Assembly (NCBI RefSeq): GCF_964355755.1
Contig: NC_092677.1
Coordinates: forward strand, 28,321,175 to 28,385,174
Length of the DNA stretch: 64,000 bases
Source: Antedon mediterranea
Taxonomy: Eukaryota > Animalia > Echinodermata
Direction: 5' to 3'
How positions within the stretch are numbered: the first letter of the stretch is position 1; each line of letters opens with the position of its first letter. Below the pieces are notes generated by a model that saw nothing but the letters and a program-made list of their open reading frames with translations, ran no database searches and was not told where the DNA came from. A program made the position numbers and the translations under genes. Shown piece by piece: positions 15,201-26,000 of this stretch.

Positions 15201-17034
15201 CTTTTATTATTCAGTTTGATGCTTTGATTGAGAGGTTAACAGGACGTGAAGTATTGACAATGTTTGCTCGTCTTCGTGGTATTCCAAGTCATCACATTGA
15301 AAATGTTGTTGAAACTACCGTCACACACTTGTCTCTTAATAAATGGGCAGATAAACTGTGTGGTGATTATAGGTATGTTGTCACTGATCAATAAAATTAT
15401 ATTTTACTATTCAAAGAAAAATAACAGTATCGATGTGGACATTCGTTTATGTACAAAAACATAATTTATGGACGGGATTTAAACATTTTCAACTGCATAC
15501 AGATTATAGCAAATCGATAATAACGTTACCAAATGTTTTCAATTTGATTTGTCTAATTTCTTATAGTGGTGGAAACAAGAGGAAACTTAGCACTGGTATT
15601 GCTTTAGTTGGAAACCCACCAATTGTGTTCTTGGTAAGAATTACAAGGCAGTGTTTCAATCTTAAAATAATAAATTAAACCGGACTTTGATATTCCTTAC
15701 TCCATTTATAATTTTATTTTAGGATGAGCCAACATCTGGAATGGACCCAACCGCACGGCGATATCTTTGGAATGCTCTAACATCAATCATGAAAGGAGGA
15801 CGTTCCATTGTGCTAACATCACATAGGTATAAAGTCTTTATAATTAGTTATTCTGTTTGATGTAGTCTATATAGTTTGAATTGGTACAGTACCTTTCTAA
15901 TTTTGTAAAATAATTGTGTGTCCATCTGAATGACACAATTGTTTACTTTATACCTACCTTCCTGTTACAGTATGGAAGAGTGTGAGGCCTTATGTACCCG
16001 TTTGGCTATAATGGTAAACGGACAATTTAAATGTCTTGGGAGCACACAACATCTTAAAAGCAGGTAACCAACGTCTTATGTTGTAAATATTAGGTTTAAT
16101 TAAATTTTCTGTTCAAATAAAATATATCCTATGAGGAGCATTATTAATAATGTACTTGATAAACTGCTTATTATTCCTAGTGAGACAGTAATTATGCATT
16201 TAATGTGTATGCATACCGTACGTTTGTAAATTATCATTATTAATAATATTTAAATTTGACAGATATGGCAAGGGATATACTATGGTTATTAAAATGGAAG
16301 ACGGTGTGCCATCAGAAGGCATCAAAGCATATATTACTGGAACGTTTCCAGGCGCAGTCTTAATGGAGGAACATCAGGTAATTATTCCAGCAATATTCAC
16401 ATTTAGGCCTATAGCCTATATAATTGAATTCATTAAAAAAAAATGTCATTATCTATTTTTGTATTTATTTATTTTTGTAACTACAGGGTGTATTACAATA
16501 TCAAGTGGAAAATAGTGATCTTAGCTGGTCTTACATATTTGGTAAATTAGAAAGTAACAAACAAGCGTTGAGAATGGAAGATTACAGCGTCAGTCAGACA
16601 ACACTAGAACAGGTATTTTGTCATATTTAAATTGGTATTTTACAAATGTGCCATTCTTTCAGCCAAAGTTGCTAATTTTTAAAAATCGAAAAATAGAAAA
16701 ATGTAAGATGGGTTCATACTCACTATAGCATGTCTCGCAAAGTATAGTTTAAACTCTTTTTATTATCCCTTTATTTAAGGTGTTTATTAATTTTGCGAAA
16801 GAGCAGCACACAGACGCAGCATTTTCCAGAAAATTAAACAAGGCACATCACACAGAATACGCACAAAGACCATCAACTGGGGCTAGTCTTCGTAGAGAAT
16901 CAACCAGGAGAAGTTTAAGATCAGGACCACAGTCACCAAGATCGACATCACCACCACCAGCTGCTGCAAATGGTGGGACTTCACCCCCACCGTACTCACC
17001 TGCGCCTCAATATAATGCTGCTTATATGGTTTGA
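278..17034 (+). CDS. ABCA3: ABCA-subfamily full transporter, paralog A (ABCA3-like); about 40 coding exons in the window, first coding exon upstream of it
   Basis: GT-AG exons join in frame from [14 protein letters not shown] (278-351) to TGA at 17034. Motifs: [15 protein letters not shown] (4876-5019); NBD1 Walker [10 protein letters not shown] (6789-7070), [26 protein letters not shown]; NBD2 [38 protein letters not shown]; [13 protein letters not shown]. The subfamily call is firm; ABCA3 orthology is only a best guess. Confidence 0.93.
1011..1743. repeat. 49-bp intronic minisatellite, about 15 copies
   Basis: Unit tggcacttgttattgttgatgatgacaaaacatgtagcaaaaagcagac. Confidence 0.95.
2724..2855. 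repeat. Direct tandem duplication of about 65 bp (2 copies)
   Basis: tttgcggtcagtgattggtcactagtcctagcgtaagttaggcctacgtatttgatggctgatgc occurs twice. Confidence 0.9.
8602..9073 (+). repeat. 36-bp tandem array spanning an ABCA-A exon end and splice donor, 12 donor copies
   Basis: Unit aatgctgctgttagagatgtacag|gtaatcatactt; donors at 8634, 8690, 8726 ... 9053. Confidence 0.95.
11633..12709. repeat. 19-bp AT-rich minisatellite (about 36 near-perfect copies) followed by a derived composite array
   Basis: Unit ttgaatataacatttgata to about 12330, then mixed with ttaacaatttaata and ttgacaattaata subunits. Confidence 0.95.
12938..13060 (+). mobile_element. Short Helentron-associated (HINE/DINE-1-like) element
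   Basis: (CCGA)n microsatellite, catagtgagctgtagagtcgcgttgcacgctact 3' hairpin and A-run; homologous to the 3' end of the element at 14260-14307. Confidence 0.55.
13540..14307 (+). mobile_element. Helentron-associated (HINE/DINE-1-like) non-autonomous element
   Basis: (GACA/GACC)n microsatellites, 3' stem-loop agtcgc-ttccac-gcgact followed by AAAAA; core 13688-14170 recurs inverted at 47025-47571. Family assigned from architecture only. Confidence 0.65.
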
Positions 17035-17264
17035 ATCATTTAAACACTATAATTATTATGAATCACGATATAATGATTGGTATGTCATAATTTTTGTAAA
17101 AGTTGTTACTTGGTGTATCAGGAATATTGTAAGAAATATGGCCTATAAAAGAGTTTCTTTGGGTTACAGTTACAGGCTGTATTAACCTTGTAATCCATGA
17201 GTTGTTTTTTTTAACTTTATTTTTTTGTGGACTATAGTGAATGTAGTAGTTCGTTATACTGTAT

Positions 17265-17301
<37 letters not shown>

Positions 17302-18175
17302 CGTTTCAAATTAATTAATTAAATTTCAGTATATCACCGGGCGGTTTAGAATTAATGTTCTTTGCCTCTTGTGTTTATATATATAATCTATGTTATAGCG
17401 TTTTATTGTGTAAACTTAGCACAATATATTCCTAAAAGAAAGTGCAATTATGTGGTAATATTTAATCCATTTTTATGACATTTTTGTGACTGAAATACGA
17501 TTCTCTATATTTTGTGACTGAAAGGCGCTCTAGAATTCTTATTATGCAGCTATATTTTTATATAACATAGATTATAAATTATTTAAAAAACTATAGCGTT
17601 TTAAAATTGAAATATTTAACTTAGGCAGACATTTGGCTTTTTCACCAAAATTATCATTTTATCGGCTTCTAATGAAGCCATGAGTCACATGGTTACCACA
17701 ACAACATACAGTCTGCACCAGCTAATTAGTAATAGATAATATTATAAATATCATATTTTATAACAATTACAGTTTTGCAATAGTCTGACCATTTTATTCA
17801 CATTTTAATGGACAATTACAATTCAACCGAGTTTTTAGGAATTTTCTATATTTTAATAATATTGTTAAATCAGTGTACTGCAATATGGGCAATTGTCTGC
17901 TTTGTCATAGTATTACGTAATCGTTGTCCGTGACAATTGTGTTTGACATTGATAGAATGTGAGTTACCGTAGATTTCAAGGTCTATAACACAATAGCAGT
18001 CGTTTCGTAATAAACTCGGAGTCTCAAAACCAAGAATATTGATTGATAATTGATTTCGAAGCCAGAACATTTTTTTTAATGAATAAAAGTGAAGTTCTAT
18101 AGCTTTGAAATAATTGTTTAGGATGTCTTTTAAAAATCATATGTGTCCAACTGTAATAAAACATAAACATTAATA

Positions 18176-18447
18176 ATGCTGTAGGCTGCTCATTAATAAA
18201 TCGAGTTGGCCAGCTCAAAATACAATATCTGTAGGCTGCTCATTGTGAATAAATCGAGTTGGCCAGCTCAAAATACAATATGCTGTAGGCTGCTCATTGT
18301 GAATAATCGAGTTGGCCAGCTCAAAATACAATATCTGTAGGCTGCTCATTGTGAATAAATCGAGTTGGCCAGCTCAAAATACAATATGCTGTAGGCTGCT
18401 CATTGTGAATAAATCGAGTTGGCCAGCTCAAAATACAATATGCTGTA
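18176..18447. repeat. Minisatellite of about 54 bp, about 5 copies, between the ABCA paralogs
   Basis: Unit ctgtaggctgctcattgtgaataaatcgagttggccagctcaaaatacaatatg. Confidence 0.9.
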
Positions 18448-18764
18448 GATCTTAAAGATGTATATTTTACTCTTGAAAAAAAAATGTTTGTTGAAATATG
18501 CCATTTTAATCACAATGTTATTGATCACTTTGACGAAAAATTGAATGGAAAAAAAAGTATTTAACTCAAAAAATTGTAATTTAATAGTAAACAAAATAGT
18601 CAAACTGGCTTCCAGCCAAAGGGTTTTTGGTTGAATTGAACCATTATTAAATTAATTAAATGTATAATTACAAATAAACATCCGACCTACCAACGAATGA
18701 CAATAATGAATATTCATGACTTGCTACCTGCGCACGTCACTCTGACCTCGAAAAGTACTGTAAT

Positions 18765-19087
18765 CAAAGAACTTATAACACAAGAATCTCCTGTTCGTCC
18801 GAAGCGCGTAACAATTTCGAAAGGCATTGTGGGATAGAATAGAGCTATGGGTGGCGCCATTGTGAGCCATGGAGTAGGGCGCCCGCATCAAATTAGAAAG
18901 TCAAAATCATAGAGGGGATCTGCTAATACTCTAGAGGGGTAGAGTAATTGACTTCCTAGTTTGGAGGGGGCGCTGCTCCATGCTGTGAAATGGCGTCGCC
19001 CAGTTTGACCTTTTAACCCTGTACTTCCGATACTGTGTTTTGAATGCAAATTGAAGAACAGGAGATTCTTGTGTTATAAGTTCTTTG
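18765..19087. mobile_element. 323-bp MITE with 32-bp perfect TIR and 7-bp TSD (P-element-like)
   Basis: caaagaacttataacacaagaatctcctgttc ... gaacaggagattcttgtgttataagttctttg, flanked by ctgtaat on both sides; a second imperfect inverted repeat lies inside (about 18849-18885 vs 18966-19001). Confidence 0.85.
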
Positions 19088-20022
19088 CTGTAATCCGATT
19101 CCAATTACCCATCACTCGCTGCAGCACACTCTGTCCGTATAGTATTAAATGCATGCATTATCCGTTGCTGCTTGAAGGAAATGAAGGGCTGTCGGTCAAC
19201 ATTCATTTGAAGTATAATATCAAGTCATAGCACTAGTTATTATAGGACCAAAGGTAGATTAATATACTTATGAATTCATGTAATACATTGTATTTAATAT
19301 TGTATTTCAATTTTAGGCCCATCCAGGGCTGCCATCAGTAGTTTGAAATGATGGGCGTAGGAAATGTCATCTTGCAATACGTCACGCATCGCTGGTTTTT
19401 ATAAACTTGGGAATTCCAGAGTTTATTCCAACTTAAACCACCATGCTCTATCGTAGGCCTACATACAGCTAACTAGGCTATACATATATTATAGGCCTAC
19501 TATTGATAATATTTTGTGTTGGGTTTTAAAGTACTAAAGTGCATTAGGATTAGCACCCAGTTAGTATGTGTACCTGCTATATATACATATATATATATAA
19601 TAATAATAATAATAATAAATGAAAACTTATATAGCGCCGGTATCCTCCACCCGGGCCATGTGGCGCTCATGGCGCATATACATCTATTGTATTGTATTTA
19701 ACAACAAAACTTAAGTAACTGTGTTGGTTTAAATTGAATTTAAATAACAAAACCTCTATTTATAAATTATAGGCCTAAAGTTTAGCCAACCAAGGTCATG
19801 TACAGTATATAATTTAAATGTGTTACCATGGTCTTATTAGAATTTAACTGAGTCATTAAAAACTATGATTGAAGGGCATAGTGAATTGGGACTTTTTACC
19901 CAACGTGTTTGAGAACATTGTAATTTCTACTGGGAATTGTAACCAGCGTTTGGATTGCACATTCTTCAATATAGCCTACGATAGTGACTTTTTAAAATTT
20001 CAGGCGATTATCTCTGCTGTTT

Positions 20023-23000
20023 ATGATGGGTTTGAAACTGAGGCAATTCAAGTTGCTGCTTTGGAAGAATTGGATTCTACAGGTTGGTCCTCATTTTATT
20101 TCAGGGTGCTATATTTAATTCAAGTATTTTATTTTCAGGTTCCTCATGGTGCTATATTTGATTTAAATAATCATTGAAAATGCCTGTGCAGTAGTAAATA
20201 AACGTACAGATATAATTTTTGTTTCTTTAAACAATCATTGTTTCTGAGTGTGTGCAGAATATATTTTCCGAGCCAACAGCTATATTATCGTTGGCTGTGA
20301 TGTCATGATTTTAATACTTCTTGTGGAACACACAGAAATCAGTATCTCCATTTCTGTTGGTCTATAATTAGGACTAATTTCCGCAGTAAGAAGAGAAAGA
20401 CCAGTCAATGGCAACAACAATATTTCCTTCAATAATGAAAAAAGTAACTTGTTAATTATCCTTTAAATTTGGAAGGAGAATGATTTATAAGCTGAGTTAA
20501 TTAGGCCTATCGCCCGTATTCTTAAACCGGACTTTAGTCGTAGTTCGAGCTAAAACTAAAAAAATGACGTCATTTTAATTCATAAACCGAACTTCAACTA
20601 AATCACCGACTAAATCAGGCCAACCTCGACTAAATCGAGACGGATTTTGATCGATTTTTTTAGTCCTGGAGGGTGCAGACTAAATGGTCAACTAAATGGT
20701 TTTTAAACGATGTTTATAAAAAACGTAACAGTCATTGAGTTGTTATATTGGCCAGATATTGACGAATGAAATATCTATATTTATATTAGCTTAATTAAAT
20801 ATACATTGGTATATGTTATAATAATGAAAATCATCTTTATTTACAACTGTATACAAATTACATAATTTTCTTAGCGCAAGTCCGACTTCAACTACGTCAC
20901 GCCATAGCGACAATGGCAGATGCGGAAATTCACCACGCGATGGAATGTTTAGTGGGCCTAGCGCTTTCTTGTCACGCTATGAAGTGCGTGGTTCGTCGTG
21001 ATCATACTTTGTTGGGGGCCTAGAAAATATAAAAGTTACCGTACCGCCATGGTTCCTAAATATATTGTGAAGATTTTGTTTGTTGTTAATCAAAAGTACT
21101 TCACTGTTAAATTAATACTGACAGATCTTGTTCTAATAATTAACGATTAAAATTATTTTTCATGTATAGTCCTGATGCGTAAAAAGTGTTGTAAGAAAAT
21201 GGAAAGTGATATCAATGCGCAAAATTTCGTCTGCTCCTCAAATACTCTCTTGTCATTGGCCAATGTATAGCCTTTGTTACCCAGACGTGTGCAACTCGAC
21301 TAAAAGCTCGACTTCATTAAGTCGAACTGCAAACTTCGACTACTTCGTTTTTTAATCGAATTTGAAGTAATAGCTCGAACTACGACTTTTCCAAGTCGAA
21401 CTTCGAACTATGACTAAAGTCCGGTTTAAGAATACGGGCGTATGTCTTTCTGAAAGAAAGAAACACATAACCATACAATGCAGTAGTTCTACATGTCGTC
21501 ATAATAATAATAATAATAATAATGAATTAGTATTTCAACACTAATTTCATTCCTAATTAATATTAAATTATTGAATCGTATCACGATAACGGTAGGTATT
21601 TCATGGAGTTATACACAATTTTTTTCTTCAGTTTAAAGATATATTTTCCACTGAAAAAATAATTTTTTTACATATTTGTATACCTATACTACCTTTCTTA
21701 CATATTGTATTCATATAAAAACATAAATGATAAATAAAAAGTGTAATTCGCTTCAGCATTAAAATTCAAAGTCTGATTTTATTGATCATAAATTTTCATG
21801 TTTTTGTATTCTGTTTGAAATTATAATTGGGGAAAAAACACACATTATATTTAACCTTCCTCTCCAATTTGGTCCATTAACCAATTTGGTCCATTAACTA
21901 ATCCATGTACTACTAAAAATGTAATGAACTTGTTTTAAATTGTAGATCCGTCGACCAATCGGAACCGTCTTTGAAATCCTTCTTCCGCTGGCTTTTACAG
22001 CATTGCTGTTACTGGCAAAGTAGGTATTTTAATAATGACAACATGTTGGAGATGACTGTCACTTTAACTGACATGAATTAAAATGTTTACTTGTTTAAAC
22101 AATATTATTTTAATAATAGATATATAATTTATTAATGATATTTAACTAATAACAATATATACAGTAATACTAATAATTAGAGCTATCAAATGACTCTGTT
22201 TCTAAGAAAATAATTCTGTGAACTGAATTCAAAGTTACTTGGGTTATCAGTATTATTTTTTTTTTAGCGACTATCAGGTAGATTTAGTACTAGAGTAGTT
22301 TAAGAGTATAGGGTTAGGTTAGGTTTAGGTCAGGAGACTTGTACTAAATTGTAAAGTTACTCAGGTTTGGCATCTATTCTTCTATCGGGTAGACTTTAGT
22401 ACCATAGAGTAGTTTACGAGTATAGTCGGGAGACTTTAGTACCATGTTGTACGAGTTTAAGTCAGGAGACTTTAGTACCATATTGTAAGAGTTTAAGTCA
22501 GGAGACTTGTACTAAATTGTAAAGTTACTCAGGTTTTGGCATCTATTCTTCTATCAGGTAGACTTTAGTACCATAGAGTAGTTTACGAGTATAGTCAGGA
22601 GACTTTAGTACCATATTGTACGAGTTTAAGTCAGGAGACTTGTACTAAATTGTAAAGTTACTCAGGTTAGGCATCTATTCTTCTATCGTGTAGACTTTAG
22701 TACCATATTGTAGTTTACGAGTATAGTCAGGAGACTTAGTACCATATTGTACGAGTTTAAGTCAGGAGACTTTAGTACCATATTGTACGAGTTTAAGTCA
22801 GGAGACTTGTACTAAATTGTAAAGTTACTCAGGTTTGGCATCTATTCTTAGGTAGACTTCATTTATAACCGTAGTTACAAGTAATTATAAGCAGGACTCG
22901 TACATTTTGGCCTTCAATTTAATTCAAGTTGAATTTAAGGTATAGCAAAGCTTGTAATACTGATCTATTAAATAAATTATATTTCTGAATTATATTTTTT

Positions 23001-26000
23001 ACTTAGTACTAGTCACGGATTTAAATAATAATAATACAAATTAACCTTTGAGTTGGTTATTTAATATATTATTCATACAATTCTGCATTGAATTTTGCAC
23101 AAAAAAGTGTTTTTTGTTATTTAGTGCAATAGCTCATTAAAAGATTGTACCTTTATACAATTCTGCATTCGATTTTGCACAAAAAAATTAAGTACTTATT
23201 CTGTTATATAATGAAAAAGCCCTAAGGCCATAAATAATCACCATTATGCTTATGATATGATGCATGCAGTTTTTATGGTATATCCATTAAATCTATAAGA
23301 TAGCTGTCTCACATACAACAATAATTTGATAAATACCACACAACAATTAAACTGTATCTCAACTTCAAAGTATTGATTTTCTTTCTAGAATCCTCATTAC
23401 AACACAAGATAAATGCTTTAGTAAGTATGATATTATATTTATGTGACTCTTGCATCCCTTTCACATCAAATAATAACAAAACTCAGGTGATATGGTTGAT
23501 GTGAATACTAAAAAATCAAACACTTCGGAGTCTGGGGGTCAATCACCTGAATTCTCTCTGGCGGGCAAACTCTGGAAATGTGAAAGGTACCAACTGTAAA
23601 CTGAGATGTTTATCCTCTCACGATCAATCATTCAATGCTTTAGTTTTATTCTGAAATACTACTTTAAATATTTGTACAAAAATATAAACAGGTCTAAAAG
23701 ATAATAATTAGTATAAATAAAGTATATAAAATATTATAAATTAAAAGTATTCTGATGATCATCGAGATGTAAACAAACGGAATATTATTTGAATTTGTCA
23801 TTGGTGATTGAATATAATTATTACATAAACATATTTTTTTAGCTACATTTGAAACCATCGAACCATTTGATATCAATTCATATACTGAGGAATATTACTG
23901 TGACCTGGGTCTTTGTGGAAACCTGACATATTTTCCACAAAATGATTTAAGTAAGTTTAATTTTATTTATTATATGGTGTATCTTTGTAAATAGAAACAT
24001 GAATTTGATTGATGAAGTTGTAATCAATGTTGTTGCATAAATGCTGGTTTAATACACAATATGATGATTTAATGAGTTCATAGCTATTTAGTGCATTGTC
24101 ACAGTTAACTGTTAACAAATCTTATGTATCACAAAGGTCTATTTTTCTATATTTCATATTTCATCATAAATTCACTATAGACATTTTATATGAATAATCA
24201 TTACAGCGAAAGCTTTGATGTTAACCGTGTCCGGTTTGATTGGTGTGCCGCTATCACAAAATTTATTCATCTCCGAGGATGCCATGGTAACAACCGTAGC
24301 CGATAATGATCATCTATATTATGGAGGTAAAATAATAATTTAAAAATGTTTTATTTATTTAATTAATAGGCCTTTTTCTAATCTTGTCAGTACTGGGTAA
24401 TAACTAATATATTCTTAATGAAATGTTTGTAAACTGAATTCAATGGATGTTGATAACATCGTATGATTGTCTTAATAATTCTGTATTTTTGATTGTACAG
24501 TATTTTATATCCATATAATTATAATACTCCTATTGTAAAAAGCTGTTGTATTGGCATTGAGGAGACAGCAACTGGCCTGCCAATGGATGTTGAATACACC
24601 ATACGATTGTCTCATAACCTAGTTTTTGTATTTGATTGTACAGTATTTAATATTCAATTATAATGCTACATATTTCCTATTTTGTAACAAAGCTGTTGTA
24701 TTTGACATTGAGGAAACAGCAACTGGACTGCCAATGGATGTTGAATACACCATACGATTGTCTCATAACCTAGCTTTTCAAGAAACCTGGAATACAGATG
24801 ATACATACCCACCATTTCCACAACCTGGACCACGAACTGACAAGTAAGTTTATTTTCCAAACTATTTTCATCAATGTTTTGTTTTTTTCTAAATATGTTT
24901 TAACTAGTGTTAATTCTACCTATTTTAATAATTTCTTATGTTATTATTAAAACATTTAATATTTGAGTCTTTTTTCTTGGTTCACAAATTTCATTTACTT
25001 GTACAGATCACTTGTAAAAACAGCAACTTCATAATTATTTTTCAGTAATTATTACAAACGTTTCATAGCAATTCAATCAGCCATGGATCGTGCCATCTTG
25101 ATTAGCCAATCAGCATACTTTGACCCTGTCTCAGCGGCAAGTACAAGTTTCCAGATGCAGGTAGTTTTATGTACTTAACCATTTACAATTTAAATCCATT
25201 TCAGGTCCATTTTAACCATTTACAATTTAATTGGTTTACAAAGTAATAAATAAATGTTTGTGCTAACATCATAAAAGTCAATTTTTGTTTATATTTGAAA
25301 TTAAATTTTCTTGATACTATACGACTTTGTGATAAAAAATAAATTATGTAATATATTATATTGACAGCAATTTCCGTATCCTGGATACAAGAGTGATGCA
25401 TTCATTTCAACGATTGATTTTCTTCTACCATTGCTGATGGTCTTTGCTTTTATGTACTCAGGAGGCATTATTGTAAAGGTTTGCCATCAATCAATATTAT
25501 TATCACCTAACAAGCAATTGAAACAACTACCAAAACAAAAATTAAAACAAACAACTACAAAGCAACAAAAACATTATTATTATTGATCAACCTATTACTA
25601 ATTTCATTATTTAATTTCAGGAACTTGTGATTGAGAAAGAGACGCGTTTAAAAGAAAGTATGAAAATGATGGGATTGGCTAACTGGCTCCACTGGCTGGC
25701 ATGGTTTGTCAAAACCTATTCATTTCTACTCATTTCAATCATACTCATCGTCATACTTTTTAAGGTTTGTTCATCATTTCAAAATCTGTCCAATAAACAA
25801 GATCTATCGTTCATATCATGAACATGATGTTTCATTAAGAAACACCTTTACTTGTAGCATTATCATCAATATCATCAATCGAATTTTATATCTTGATATT
25901 CTAAGTTCCTTGCACCTACAATTGCTGGGGAACAGTGCGGAGGTGTTTGGATCATCTTCATTGTTTTTTTTGTTGCCATTAATTGGTTGTTTTTGGTTAG

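Noticed and set aside
19869-20177. 102-aa ORF upstream of paralog B
   Set aside because: Wrong frame; the real exon (LLLWKN) is in another frame at 20023-20082.
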